DNA of 64,000 bases from Candidatus Hodarchaeota archaeon (GTDB lineage: Archaea > Asgardarchaeota > Lokiarchaeia > Sigyniarchaeales > SOKP01), in the NCBI GenBank assembly GCA_048887225.1, contig JBHLJY010000003.1:168395-232394 (forward strand), in the 5' to 3' direction. Under the pieces are notes generated by a model. That model worked only from the letters and a program-made list of their open reading frames with translations. It was not told the origin of the DNA and did not search any database. This document shows, piece after piece, positions 42,965-53,872 of the stretch. A program made the translations under genes and the position numbers. How positions within the stretch are numbered: position 1 is the first letter of the stretch; each line of letters begins with the position of its first letter.

Positions 42965-44086
42965 TTAATCTAATAGTTTCTTCATTATAATCTCAGAACT
43001 TCGATGCTTTTCCCACAACGACAAGAACTTTTTTAAGTTCTCGTCATTTTGAAATATTTTATCACGTGCTACTCTTTTAGCCTTTAACACTTTAAGAAAT
43101 TTTCTATCTAATAATCTCTCGTAGTGAATACCTAATTTATCTAATTTATCTCTTTTTTCACATGTCTTAATTGATTCAATAGCATATAGTCCAGACATCA
43201 TAGCGTAAGGAATTCCTTTACCTGAGATAGGATCGACGATCCCGCCAGCGTCACCCACAGCAAATACATTATTATCGTAAAGTTTTGGTCTTAGACCAAC
43301 AGGAATTAAATGCGGTTTGAAAATTTCTGTTTTTGAGTTAACTAATGCTTCTTTTACAAATGGAAGTGAAGTAAATTTTTTGAATTCATTTCTTGAATTC
43401 TTAATTAAATTAATTTGATTGCCCCACCCTACTGTTATAGTTTCAGTTTTTGGAAATAACCAAGCATATCCAACAGGGATAAGATTTTCAATACCAAAAA
43501 ACAAATGAACAGTATCAACTCCTAAAATCTTATCAATATACGATTTCGTTGTTTTCATTTCTTTGGTAATTGTTAAAATTATGTTCTCTTTTTTAAAATA
43601 AGGCCAATTTAATTTTTTTAATGTTTGAGAGGTAACACCATCAGCCGCAATTACATAGTTAGCTATATATACATCATTACTAGTTGTAATTTGGTAAAAA
43701 TCATCAAGTTTATCAATATTAATTAATGGTTCTTTTTCTTTTAGTATTGCTCCACTCTCAACAGCCATATCTGTTAAGAATTTATCAAAAATATTTCGCC
43801 AAATAACTGCACCTTTTCCTTTTTTAGAATAGTCTTCTCCGTCTACATGGTGCAATTCTAAAGATTCAATAACCCTTGCTATTTTCTCTTCTGGATAATT
43901 AACTTCTTCTACTAATTCCCATGCCATTGCCCCGCCACATGCTTTATATCTTCCATTTCCTCCAATAAGTTCTTTTTCAAGTAGTAATGTTTTATATCCA
44001 TTTTCAGCTGCAGCTTTCGCAGCAAATGATCCGCCAGGACCAGCACCAACAACAATTATATCAAATATGTTGTCAATTTTTTCCAT
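42965..44086 (-). CDS. geranylgeranyl reductase family flavoprotein (digeranylgeranylglycerophospholipid reductase-like)
   Basis: 373-aa ORF with the FAD motif DIIVVGAGPGGSFAAKAAAENG, ACGG and VGDAGGIVDPISGKGI. Confidence 0.85.
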   Translation of the reverse strand: MEKIDNIFDIIVVGAGPGGSFAAKAAAENGYKTLLLEKELIGGNGRYKACGGAMAWELVEEVNYPEEKIARVIESLELHHVDGEDYSKKGKGAVIWRNIFDKFLTDMAVESGAILKEKEPLINIDKLDDFYQITTSNDVYIANYVIAADGVTSQTLKKLNWPYFKKENIILTITKEMKTTKSYIDKILGVDTVHLFFGIENLIPVGYAWLFPKTETITVGWGNQINLIKNSRNEFKKFTSLPFVKEALVNSKTEIFKPHLIPVGLRPKLYDNNVFAVGDAGGIVDPISGKGIPYAMMSGLYAIESIKTCEKRDKLDKLGIHYERLLDRKFLKVLKAKRVARDKIFQNDENLKKFLSLWEKHRSSEIIMKKLLD

Positions 44087-44273
44087 AATGAATCAAATTT
44101 GAAATTTATATATTATACTGTAAAAAACATTCTAATTTAAGCTATTTCAAATGGATTGAGAAAAGTAATAAATCCTAGTATTTTTAATTTTTTTCTTGTT
44201 TTATAAATTAAATTAAATAATTATTTAATAAGACAAAAGAGATATTTTATTTTTAAAATGAGTTCAGAAAAAT

Positions 44274-45767
44274 ATGAAAAATGCTAATATTATTATTCAT
44301 GTTATTTTTATTGGGAAGCCACAATGGGAAGCTGGCTGGCCATATATAGGCTATAATAATGAAAAATTGATACAATCAATACTCACCTATTTAAAAAAAA
44401 AGTTCCCTGATATTAATTTTAGTAATAATGAAATTGTTGGTATTTATAACGAGGAATTAGTTAAGAAAATCAAAGAAAATATATTAAAAGCAGATGGAGT
44501 AATAATTTTTACAATAGGACATTATGGGTATCCAGGAATCATAAAGGCTGGAGTTGAATTTATCGAGATAGAAAAGCCAGGTATTCTAGCAAATTTGATA
44601 TACGCTGGAGACCATACCTTTACAAAACTCTATGTTAGTATAAAAGAAAAAAATTATCGTTTTTATCCAATATCTTCTAAAAATATTGAAGATTTTGATA
44701 AGCCTATTGAAATTTTGTATAATCTTTTACGACTTAGAGGTACTAATGTTTTAGTTTATGCTAGTGATAAAATTAAAATGGATTGGGAAGTAATTTTAGG
44801 ATTATTTACTCCTGAAAGAAGGAAACTTTTAAAAACAAATCCAGAATTTATTGAACAAGTTGGAAAAATGAGTGGAGATGCGAGTTTTGAATTTTATACA
44901 GATACAATAGGATTTGACCAAGCACATCAATGGAGAAAAGATGAGAACAAATATAGAGAAAATTTGAAAAAAATTTTTGACGTAGGGATGATAAGAGGAG
45001 ATCCCGATGAAATAGTTAAATATTATCAAACGGTAAATGAAGAACAAGCCAAAGAAATAGCCGATAAATGGATTAAAAATGCAAATAAAGTTGAGCCTAC
45101 AGAAAAAACAATATTAAATTCCGCGAAATTATATCTGGTTTTTAAAAAAATCTTAATGGAAAGAAATTGTAAAATATTTGCTCCAGATTGTGGAACTTTT
45201 TTATTAACAGGTAAATTACCAGCATATCCTTGTATGCCTTTTTTCGAGTTAAGCAAAGAGGGTTATTATGGTATCTGTGAATCTGATATGGATTGTGCTA
45301 TGAGTTTTCTTTTTGGCTTATATTTAACGGATCGACCGGGATTTGTTTCAAATCATACACTAGATTCTGTAAATAATCAAATAACATATATGCACTGTGT
45401 GGCGCCAAGTAAATTATACGGAATTGATGGTCCTATAGTGGATTATGAAATTTTATATCATGGAGAGACTAATTATTTAGGAGCTTCTCCTTGTGTTAAA
45501 TTCCCCATTGGAGAAGTTGTTACGACCATAAAAATTAGTGTTTTTGAAAAGAAAATGGAAATCAGAACTGGTGAAATTGTTGATAATGTTACAAATAAAG
45601 GGGGTTGCATCTCAAAAATGCTTGTAAAAAGTGATGTCAAGAAAATCATTGATGATTATGATTGGGATACATTTGGTTGGCATAGAGTGACTTTTATAGG
45701 AAATTGGAAGGATGAGTTTACTATTGGTGCTAGACTATTAGGCCTAGAAATTGTTGATTTAGGATAA
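44274..45767 (+). CDS. hypothetical protein (possibly FucI/AraA-like sugar isomerase; weak)
   Basis: 497-aa ORF located just upstream of a GPH-family sugar transporter on the same strand. No motif that I can name with confidence. Confidence 0.45.
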   Translation: MKNANIIIHVIFIGKPQWEAGWPYIGYNNEKLIQSILTYLKKKFPDINFSNNEIVGIYNEELVKKIKENILKADGVIIFTIGHYGYPGIIKAGVEFIEIEKPGILANLIYAGDHTFTKLYVSIKEKNYRFYPISSKNIEDFDKPIEILYNLLRLRGTNVLVYASDKIKMDWEVILGLFTPERRKLLKTNPEFIEQVGKMSGDASFEFYTDTIGFDQAHQWRKDENKYRENLKKIFDVGMIRGDPDEIVKYYQTVNEEQAKEIADKWIKNANKVEPTEKTILNSAKLYLVFKKILMERNCKIFAPDCGTFLLTGKLPAYPCMPFFELSKEGYYGICESDMDCAMSFLFGLYLTDRPGFVSNHTLDSVNNQITYMHCVAPSKLYGIDGPIVDYEILYHGETNYLGASPCVKFPIGEVVTTIKISVFEKKMEIRTGEIVDNVTNKGGCISKMLVKSDVKKIIDDYDWDTFGWHRVTFIGNWKDEFTIGARLLGLEIVDLG

Positions 45768-45837
45768 TATTACTTCACTCTATTATATAATTAGATCAAA
45801 AATTATTTAAATTAAAAATGAGAAATAGATTATCACA

Positions 45838-47202
45838 ATGAGTGAGATTAATTTTAGCGAAAAAGAGCGGATACATTCCCGTAAAGGATATTTTCTATAT
45901 TCGCTTGGTGGTGTAACATCAGCGCTTCCATATAATATGGTGGGTACATTTTTTGTTTTCTTCTACGTTGTAAAAGTGGGATTATCACTTGAGCTTGTTG
46001 GTCTTGTTTTCATATTATATGGATTATGGAATGCAATCAACGATCCTCTGTTTGGATATTATATGGATAAAAAAGTCACGAAATGGGGGCGTCGTGTACC
46101 TTATATAATACTTGGAACAATTCCCCTTGCAGTAGGATTCATTATGATATGGTATGTTCCATGGACTTCTGAGATTTTAATTTTTTTTCATGCTTTTTTC
46201 ATGTTATTTTTATTCGACACGGGATTTACTTTGGCAATAACTGCTTGGGCAGCATTATACACTGAAATGTATGAGGAAGAAAAAGAACGAGCAACAGTAG
46301 TCGCCATAAAAGATACAATTGCGTTTACCTCATCCTTAATAGGCATTATATTTCCTCCACTCATAGCTTCCGCAATTGGTTGGTCATATACCGGTTTAAT
46401 TCTTGGAATTGTAATATCAATAACAATGTATCTCTCTCTTCTTGGAACTAAAGAAAGGAAAGAATATCAAATTGATGAACCATTACCTGTTATTCCAGCA
46501 TTTAGAGAAACTCTAAAAAATAAACCATTTTTGATAATGGCTTTAACATATACCTTGATGGATTGTGTTTTCGCCATAACTTTGATTGGACTTCCTTTAT
46601 ATGCTAAATTTGTACTTAAGATGGATGAGGCTTTAATAGGATTTTCGGCTATTGGTATAGCATTAGGAACTCTTATGAGTATACCTTTTTGGAGATGGAT
46701 CTATGCCAATAAAGGTCCGAAATATGGATTATTATTAGCAATTGGTATTTTTGCAGGGGGAATCTGGGCAGTTTTTCTTATAAGAGATTTCATTTTACTA
46801 GTATTTATTACATTAATTCCAGGATTTGGGATAGGAGGGATTATTATGACAGAGGTACCGTTTAGTGCAGCTATAGATTATGATGAATTAATAACTGGAA
46901 AAAGACGAGAGGCTACGTATAATGGAATATTAAGCTTAATAGCTAGATTAGCAATTGCTCTTTCGGGCTTAGCTTTAATAATTGTTCAATTCTTTTTTGG
47001 ATTTGAAGCAGGAAGCGAATCTCAAACTCCATTAGCTCTACTTGGTTTAACATTATTAGTTTCATTAATTCCATTTATAATTGCTCTACTTGGTTTAATA
47101 GTTTTCAGCTCCTTTCCAATAAATTATAGAAGATTTAGTGAAATGCAAGAGGAATTAAAAAATCTCCACGAAAAAAGATTAGAAGAATTTAAAAAATACT
47201 AA
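45838..47202 (+). CDS. glycoside-pentoside-hexuronide (GPH):cation symporter family MFS transporter
   Basis: 454-aa ORF with about 12 TM segments and the GPH signature NAINDPLFGYYMDKKVTKWGRRVPYI. Confidence 0.7.
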   Translation: MSEINFSEKERIHSRKGYFLYSLGGVTSALPYNMVGTFFVFFYVVKVGLSLELVGLVFILYGLWNAINDPLFGYYMDKKVTKWGRRVPYIILGTIPLAVGFIMIWYVPWTSEILIFFHAFFMLFLFDTGFTLAITAWAALYTEMYEEEKERATVVAIKDTIAFTSSLIGIIFPPLIASAIGWSYTGLILGIVISITMYLSLLGTKERKEYQIDEPLPVIPAFRETLKNKPFLIMALTYTLMDCVFAITLIGLPLYAKFVLKMDEALIGFSAIGIALGTLMSIPFWRWIYANKGPKYGLLLAIGIFAGGIWAVFLIRDFILLVFITLIPGFGIGGIIMTEVPFSAAIDYDELITGKRREATYNGILSLIARLAIALSGLALIIVQFFFGFEAGSESQTPLALLGLTLLVSLIPFIIALLGLIVFSSFPINYRRFSEMQEELKNLHEKRLEEFKKY

Positions 47203-47220
47203 AATAAAAATAAAATAAAT

Positions 47221-48741
47221 TCATTTTTGATTTAGTATTGAATGTCCTACCACACTCCACTGTGGCTTAATTCCTAACAAATCCAATAAAGTTGGAACTA
47301 AATCCGTAGTCTTGCAATAGTTAAGCAAGAAATTGGGAATAGTGGAGGATCCTCCAATAATCAACGGAACGGTCATGGATTTTTTAAGACCAATATCGTG
47401 GGAATAAACATGTGGATTTTTAGTTTTACCATGTTCGTATCCAAATCCATATTCGCCACATGTAGATATCATAATATCACAGGAGCGTGGATTTTTAAAA
47501 TATCTTGGAATTTGGTCGATAAGAATTGGAAAATCAATGGAATAGGTTGCTCCTAACCACTCATTGATATTATGAAATTTATTATCCAATAGTTTGGCTG
47601 CCTCTTCATGAAGCTCATACCCAAATAAATCTTTAATATCAAAATTATATTTTGTTTTTTGCTCTTTTCCATGTCCGCTATATTCTATTTGCCCTTTTAA
47701 TTCTTTAGATTTTTGATCCCTTAGAACAAGATGAATAATCCCATGATCTGGTGTATTTTCATCATCACGATAATACATTAATTTTGTTCCAGGAATTTTC
47801 CATAAAACTTCAAATAAATTTAATTTTTTACTCCCCGTGCCACTTGTTTGAAAACTTAGCATTTGCTTTACTGTTGGATGATGATGCCATGAGTCTCCTG
47901 GAAAATTAAAAAATCCAACTGATCCCATCTCGGCATCAAAATCTCCAGTTTTCTTCTTAGGTAGATATGGAGTCAAGCCTATCTCGGAAAAGAAAGGTTC
48001 TAAATTATACATTTTTTCTGCTTTATAATTACCATGATCTGAAATAATACAAATTGCTGTATCTTCATAATAACCCTTGTCTTTAAGGGTTTTGATTAAA
48101 GAACCTAGATACATATCACAATCTAATAGTTCATGGATATATTCTGGGTGATTAAATCCTTTTTCATGCATAATTTCATCTGTTTTAGGTATATAGATGA
48201 CTGTAACCTTAGGAACCGCTTTATTTTGAAAATATTTTTCAGGAGTTATAAATGCTTTTTCAGCATTTCTGAAAATTCGCTCTGAAGTAAAATCTCTTGG
48301 AATTACAATTTTAGAACCTCTATATACAACATTTAACGAGCTTAGAAAATTACCTTGATCAGCTTGTTCAAATATCGTTTTAACATTATCACCTAAATGG
48401 TTATTCAGTTTTCTTAGATAACGCCCGCTACTATAGTTGCAGATAAATGGTACTCTTTCTCCCACTGAAGGAGGATCTGTTCTTGCTACCCAATGATAGG
48501 TAGGAATTCCAGATCCTTCTTTAGGGTAATATCCAGAATATGCTCCTGTAATTATATTTGAATAGCAAGGAAAGGTAATACTTGGAAAACTTGTGATACA
48601 ATCTCTACAAACAATTCCATTTTGAGCTATCTGAGCAATATTTGGAAGCTTTCCTTCATCCATTAATCCAAAAAGATGTTCGGACCTTAAATCATCTATT
48701 AAAATTACTATAACTTGATTAATTCGAGCATTGCGACTCAA
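47221..48741 (-). CDS. alkaline-phosphatase superfamily enzyme (type I phosphodiesterase/nucleotide pyrophosphatase-like)
   Basis: 506-aa ORF with VILIDDLRSEHL, FPSITFPCYSNIITG (nucleophile Thr context) and ISDHGN. Confidence 0.55.
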   Translation of the reverse strand: MSRNARINQVIVILIDDLRSEHLFGLMDEGKLPNIAQIAQNGIVCRDCITSFPSITFPCYSNIITGAYSGYYPKEGSGIPTYHWVARTDPPSVGERVPFICNYSSGRYLRKLNNHLGDNVKTIFEQADQGNFLSSLNVVYRGSKIVIPRDFTSERIFRNAEKAFITPEKYFQNKAVPKVTVIYIPKTDEIMHEKGFNHPEYIHELLDCDMYLGSLIKTLKDKGYYEDTAICIISDHGNYKAEKMYNLEPFFSEIGLTPYLPKKKTGDFDAEMGSVGFFNFPGDSWHHHPTVKQMLSFQTSGTGSKKLNLFEVLWKIPGTKLMYYRDDENTPDHGIIHLVLRDQKSKELKGQIEYSGHGKEQKTKYNFDIKDLFGYELHEEAAKLLDNKFHNINEWLGATYSIDFPILIDQIPRYFKNPRSCDIMISTCGEYGFGYEHGKTKNPHVYSHDIGLKKSMTVPLIIGGSSTIPNFLLNYCKTTDLVPTLLDLLGIKPQWSVVGHSILNQK

Positions 48742-48898
48742 AAATAATTCAACTTATTTTCATTTCTTGCAATAATTTTAATAAAATAGAATAAGTAAAA
48801 AACTACAGCTTTCTTATTTTTGTTTTAATATGAAAATTTTAATAAATAATAATTCTTAGAGAATTTTACAAATTATAATTAAAAGCTCATTTATTAAA

Positions 48899-49972
48899 AT
48901 GGAAACTTCTCATCAAATATTTTTAAAAAATTCTAATGATATGTGCGAAGTCGTATCAGATACAGTAGATTTAATAATAACATCACCACCCTATCCCATG
49001 ATAGAGATATGGGATTCATTATTTTCATCAATTAACGAAGATATTAGAGAAGCACTTCAAGTTCAAGATAAAAATGGACAAAGAGCTTTTATATTAATGC
49101 ACGATGAATTAAATAAAATATGGAAAGAATCAGTTCGAGTTTTAAAATCTGGAGGAATTATATGTATTAATATTGGAGATGCTACAAGAAAGATTAATAA
49201 ATGCTTTCAATTGTTTCCAAATCATGTCAAAATCACTAATTTTTTTTTAAAAAATGGGTTTATTGCATTACCTTTCATTTTGTGGAGAAAACCAACTAAT
49301 ATTCCAACTAAATTCTTAGGATCAGGAATGTTGCCTCCCAACGCCTATGTGACACTTGAACACGAATATATTTTAATTTTTAGAAAAGGAAATAATAAAA
49401 GAAAGATTCCCCCGAAAATGAAACAAAGATATTATAGTGCTTATTTTTGGGAAGAGAGAAATAGTTGGTTTTCGGATGTATGGACAGATATAAGAGGAAC
49501 ATCTCAAAAATTAACCTATAATAATGGCCAGCAAAATAAATTAAGAGAAAGGTCAGCAGCTTTTCCATTAAAATTACCTTATAGGCTAATAAATATGTTT
49601 TCTATTTATGAGGACACAATTTTAGATCCATTTTTGGGAACTGGAACAACATCTCTAGCAGCAATGGCTTCAGCAAGGTCCTCCATTGGATATGAAATTA
49701 ATCCCGAATTTATGGAATTGTTTAAAAGAAATGTAAGGGCAATAAAGGAATTAACTAGTTCCATCAATATTAGTAGGATAAGCCAACATATTGAATTTAT
49801 TAAAAGATATAAAAAGGATAGAAAAAAAGTTTATTATAACTCTATTAATTATAGATTTCCCGTCATTACGCAACAAGAAAAAAACATATTACTCTATTCT
49901 ATAAAGAATTACAAAGAAAAAGGGAATAGATTTATCGTTAATCACGAAAAATTTGAATACAATCACAAATGA
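48899..49972 (+). CDS. beta-class N4-cytosine/N6-adenine DNA methyltransferase
   Basis: 357-aa ORF in which motif IV DLIITSPPYP precedes AdoMet motif I ILDPFLGTGTTSLAA (circular permutation of the beta class). Confidence 0.75.
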   Translation: METSHQIFLKNSNDMCEVVSDTVDLIITSPPYPMIEIWDSLFSSINEDIREALQVQDKNGQRAFILMHDELNKIWKESVRVLKSGGIICINIGDATRKINKCFQLFPNHVKITNFFLKNGFIALPFILWRKPTNIPTKFLGSGMLPPNAYVTLEHEYILIFRKGNNKRKIPPKMKQRYYSAYFWEERNSWFSDVWTDIRGTSQKLTYNNGQQNKLRERSAAFPLKLPYRLINMFSIYEDTILDPFLGTGTTSLAAMASARSSIGYEINPEFMELFKRNVRAIKELTSSINISRISQHIEFIKRYKKDRKKVYYNSINYRFPVITQQEKNILLYSIKNYKEKGNRFIVNHEKFEYNHK

Positions 49973-50065
49973 AAACGTTTTAAATCTTGTTTAATATCTT
50001 AAAAGAGATAATTTTTGAGAGAAATCCTACCTGCGCTTAGGTAATTCATCAAATAACTTTCCATG

Positions 50066-50080
50066 ACCGGGTTTTTTATT
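50066..50080 (+). terminator. candidate oligo-T archaeal terminator (CCGGGTTTTTTATTT) between convergent genes
   Basis: A T6 run lies about 100 nt downstream of the methyltransferase stop. It is preceded by a small TACCT-gcgctt-AGGTA hairpin at ~50029-50044. Confidence 0.25.
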
Positions 50081-50098
50081 TGAATCATTATTTTGGAT

Positions 50099-50968
50099 TT
50101 ATTCATCACAATCTTGAGCTTGTTGGAGATTTATTTTTATGAATCCAGCTTCTTGAATATTTCGCTGCTCTGATTTCACCGACCTATTAACTTGATTTAA
50201 ATATTTTATTGCATCTCTTTTACCATCTGTAATATTTCGAATTAACTCGTCCTTGTTTAATCCACCGCTAATTGTCAGTGCTGTTTGGAATGATTGTTCT
50301 GGTTCTAAGGTTTTAAATTCTATTTGAAGAGCTGAGAGGATTTCACCAGGCTCTTCTTGTAGTTTATTCGAGAGATTTAATTTATCATTATTAATTTTAA
50401 ACTCTTTAGTTAAGATACTTTCATAGTAAGTTGGTTTAGATATTGTAGAAAATCCAGCATGAATCCCAGTATAATCGTATTGATAAATAATATCATGTTC
50501 TTCATCATATCCAGCAGTATCATTATCAAATCCAGAGAGTCCATTAATGTCGAAATCGAATACAAAATACATTGAAAAATCTATTAAATTAAAATTAGAG
50601 TTATTCTTTAACGTAAAGTATGTATTCATATATGGTGCTTGTCCTCGACGGAGAAAAATGTCAAGATATAGCCGTATTCGATTCTGCTCTTTTTTTAATG
50701 TGATTGGCTCCAATTTATTTTCTTCGATTGTTTTTTTTATATATTCATTGATATCAAAATCTAAGGTAATTCTATCGATAGCAGTTCCTGTTCGGCTATT
50801 TACAAGCTGATAAATAGGGGTTGGCTCAATATTTTTTAATATTACAGGTAAGGTTCCTATAGATTCTCCTTTCAATTTAAAGCTAAACCAAGGTCCAGAA
50901 AGCGTTGGTTCCGTGAGATATAATAAGTATTTTTGTTTAAATGTGATTTGTTTTATTGAAAATCCCAT
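50099..50968 (-). CDS. hypothetical protein
   Basis: 289-aa ORF with an ATG start. It looks beta-rich and has no nuclease or other motif. Confidence 0.5.
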   Translation of the reverse strand: MGFSIKQITFKQKYLLYLTEPTLSGPWFSFKLKGESIGTLPVILKNIEPTPIYQLVNSRTGTAIDRITLDFDINEYIKKTIEENKLEPITLKKEQNRIRLYLDIFLRRGQAPYMNTYFTLKNNSNFNLIDFSMYFVFDFDINGLSGFDNDTAGYDEEHDIIYQYDYTGIHAGFSTISKPTYYESILTKEFKINNDKLNLSNKLQEEPGEILSALQIEFKTLEPEQSFQTALTISGGLNKDELIRNITDGKRDAIKYLNQVNRSVKSEQRNIQEAGFIKINLQQAQDCDE

Positions 50969-51125
50969 AAGGTAGCCAGCCGTGTTTCAAGTTGCAAAGA
51001 TCTCATTAAATAATACCTTTAATACTATATTTCTCTTACCTCCTTTTATTTGAATTAATTTTAAATGATCTATTACTACTTAATTAAGAAAAAGTAATTT
51101 AATTAAATAAATTTAGTTAAAAAAA

Positions 51126-52094
51126 TTAAACCGTTTCTATAAATCTATGTGCAATATATAGAAAAGCATCGTTAACATTTTCACCAGTCTTGGCGGATGT
51201 AATTATATAACGATCTCTGTATTCATCAGCAACCTCTTTAATATCAAATTCGCTCACAACAATATCATCAATTAAATCAGATTTATTACCAACAATAACA
51301 ATAGGGATATTTGTAAGGATGGAAGATTTAATTTCATTATACCAAAAATGAACACTTTCCTGATTATTTGGACGAGTTCTATCAACTACGATGATAGCAG
51401 CATTTGCTCCAGAATAGAATCGCTTTCTAAAAGGTATCATTTCCTGTTTTTGGCCACCAATATCCCAAATTATAAATTGAATTTTGGTTTCTGAACTAAG
51501 ATCAATAGTTTTTTTAGAGATTTCCACTCCAATTGTTGAAATATAATCTTCTTGAAACGAATTTTCGACGAATCTTTTAATTAAAGAAGTTTTACCGACT
51601 TGATAATCACCGATTAAAATTAATTTTGTAGAATACTCACCTTTAGGGAGTACTCCTCCCTTGGATTTGGAAAGGAGTCTAATAATTTCAGGTATCTCAA
51701 GCGTTACCTTTTCTGTACCAGAAATTAATAATTCTGCCTTTCCTGCTATATGTTCCGAATATACTCTCAATTCGAGGTCTGTCGTAGAAGGATCAGCTAT
51801 AGTTGTAAGTATACTGTGAGGCCCTTGACTACAATATGCAAATTTTTTATCTTCTGTTGAAGTGATATTTAAAAAATTACTTTCTGTTCCAAACTCCTGT
51901 TTAATTCTATCAATATAGTTATCAAGAACCGCCGAAATGACACCAATAATCGAATCACTATCAGATTCTTCCCTGCTTTCAGAGGCAATAATTAATCCAT
52001 CTCTATCACAAACTGCAATTGCTTCCACGCCCTCAACATCATTCATGTAATTTCTAAGTAATTTACGAAAATCGTCTCGAAGCGACAATTTCAA
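51126..52094 (-). CDS. Roadblock/LC7 domain fused to Ras/Rab-like small GTPase (paralog of 14403-15356)
   Basis: 322-aa ORF. The N-terminus is LRNYMNDVEGVEAIAVCDRDGLIIAS. The GTPase motifs are GDYQVGKTS, YISTIGVE, WDIGGQ, GNKSD and TSAKTG. It is collinear with the other fusion over its full length. Confidence 0.85.
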   Translation of the reverse strand: MKLSLRDDFRKLLRNYMNDVEGVEAIAVCDRDGLIIASESREESDSDSIIGVISAVLDNYIDRIKQEFGTESNFLNITSTEDKKFAYCSQGPHSILTTIADPSTTDLELRVYSEHIAGKAELLISGTEKVTLEIPEIIRLLSKSKGGVLPKGEYSTKLILIGDYQVGKTSLIKRFVENSFQEDYISTIGVEISKKTIDLSSETKIQFIIWDIGGQKQEMIPFRKRFYSGANAAIIVVDRTRPNNQESVHFWYNEIKSSILTNIPIVIVGNKSDLIDDIVVSEFDIKEVADEYRDRYIITSAKTGENVNDAFLYIAHRFIETV

Positions 52095-52280
52095 AACTCA
52101 ATGTTATTATCTTATTTAAAATAAAATTATCTTAACCTTTTTTAAATGTATTTATTTAAATATTTTAATTTTGTTAAATTTGTGTTCTAAATATTAATAG
52201 GAGATATTGTTAAGAGATATATAGTTAAAATATCACCATACTATATCATTTTATATCTTTTTCTTTTTCGCATATCATAT

Positions 52281-52430
52281 ATGATAGAAAATGACTTAGA
52301 GAAAGAACTTAACTTAGAAAAAGTAATAAATCGCGCTATGAGTCTATTTAAGCAAACAGGTCTTGCTGAACTTGCTGAAAAATTTGATAAAATTCTTAAA
52401 AATTATAAGAGACAAAAAATGGTTAGATAA
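52281..52430 (+). CDS. small helical hypothetical protein (49 aa)
   Basis: Hand-translated ATG ORF (MIENDLEKELNLEKVINRAMSLFKQTGLAELAEKFDKILKNYKRQKMVR) in an otherwise empty 430-nt intergenic region. It is below the track cutoff. Confidence 0.2.
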   Translation: MIENDLEKELNLEKVINRAMSLFKQTGLAELAEKFDKILKNYKRQKMVR

Positions 52431-52527
52431 TCTTTTTTAATTCTTTTCCAAATTTCGGTGCTTTATATTGTAATTTAATCATATTTAAGAGAATTTAATT
52501 AAAAAAAACAGATATAATTTTAATTAT

Positions 52528-53748
52528 TTAATTGTTATTAGCAGATTTTTTTTTCTCTTTTGCAGCTTTCTTTTCTGCTTTCTTTTCAGCTTTTTCTCTT
52601 GCTTTTGTAATTTTTTCTACCTGTTTTTTGCTTGTTTTTGCTCTTTCTTTTCTCAGTTTAACTCTTTTTCTCTCCTTCTTCATAGATCCATATTTAGCGA
52701 TTCCGTATATAGACATTACAATCATTAATGGAATAACGAGATAAAATACCGCAACACTTTTCATTACTGTTAACTCACCAGGTGTGGCCATCAATATATA
52801 ATCTGAATATTCAAATGCTGCCTTAGCAAATATTAACCAAATTAAAACGGCATCCGCACTAAGAATTTTTAATTTCTTACCGAGAAGTTCAGCCTTTTTT
52901 CCTGCAAGTCCTCCAATAGTTATTAGTAAAATGAACATATCAAAAGCGAACATTAAGATTCTAGCGATTAATATGGGTAACGTTCTACCTGTTTTTATAG
53001 TAAATAACGCACTTATCATTAAATAAGTAATGTAGCCTCCAATAAAAACGAAGAAAACACCAAGCCATGCATTAAATCTTCCTCCAATAATGACAATTGC
53101 AATGGCAACAAGCGTAAAAAAAAGAATCATACCAATTACAATTATCGGCATCCAATATAGCATTAATGCTAATTCTAGTGTTTCAATTTTTGTTGGATCT
53201 ACTGGGGCAATTCCAGCAATTATACTAGGGGTGTATAAGATTAAAAAAATGCTTACGAGTATTCCAAAAATGAATAAACCCCAGCGTGTTAAAAATGCAA
53301 CAAAAGTTGGCGCTTTATAAACTGTATCATCGAATTTAACTCCTTGTACAAAGCAATAATGCAACGAAAATAAAGCAGTAATAAAAATATAAGAAAATAT
53401 TGAAATTACAAACATTAATGACGTAAAAAGATCTATCATGATGAAAAATACAACATATCCAAGGAGTAAATAAATGAAAATTGCTGTTAAAAAGAATAAA
53501 CTAACTTTTCCTATGTTTTTCCATGAAAGTTTTCTGACATCTCCTCGAAAAAATGCTGCGTAGATAAATAACACTAAGCAAACGACTAACAGGGGAAAAA
53601 AGATCAATTGAGCCAACCAAACAATCCTTATCTCTCGTAATGATAATGCAAAATACAGAATTGTGTATGCAGTAAGCAGCCATAAAACTAAAATGCCAAA
53701 TACAATATTTCTGCCTTTAAAAAGTCTTCCTAAATCCTTAAAACCCAT
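52528..53748 (-). CDS. hypothetical polytopic membrane protein with lysine-rich C-terminal tail
   Basis: 406-aa ORF with about 10 hydrophobic segments. The C-terminus is KKERKRVKLRKERAKTSKKQVEKITKAREKAEKKAEKKAAKEKKK. Confidence 0.55.
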   Translation of the reverse strand: MGFKDLGRLFKGRNIVFGILVLWLLTAYTILYFALSLREIRIVWLAQLIFFPLLVVCLVLFIYAAFFRGDVRKLSWKNIGKVSLFFLTAIFIYLLLGYVVFFIMIDLFTSLMFVISIFSYIFITALFSLHYCFVQGVKFDDTVYKAPTFVAFLTRWGLFIFGILVSIFLILYTPSIIAGIAPVDPTKIETLELALMLYWMPIIVIGMILFFTLVAIAIVIIGGRFNAWLGVFFVFIGGYITYLMISALFTIKTGRTLPILIARILMFAFDMFILLITIGGLAGKKAELLGKKLKILSADAVLIWLIFAKAAFEYSDYILMATPGELTVMKSVAVFYLVIPLMIVMSIYGIAKYGSMKKERKRVKLRKERAKTSKKQVEKITKAREKAEKKAEKKAAKEKKKSANNN

Positions 53749-53872
53749 TATCGATTCGACTCACTTGTAAAAGATATTTTAAAATTATTAAAACTTATAG
53801 AAGATTTAATCACAAAATTTTTAAAACTTTGGATTACAACAAATGATAAATTGAAAAATTTCCAATCTATTT

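Noticed and set aside
50099-50968. Possible restriction endonuclease partner of the convergent beta-class methyltransferase
   Set aside because: The convergent arrangement is suggestive. However, the 289-aa sequence shows no PD-(D/E)xK, HNH, GIY-YIG or PLD nuclease motif that I can see, and it looks like a beta-rich structural protein. It is left as hypothetical.
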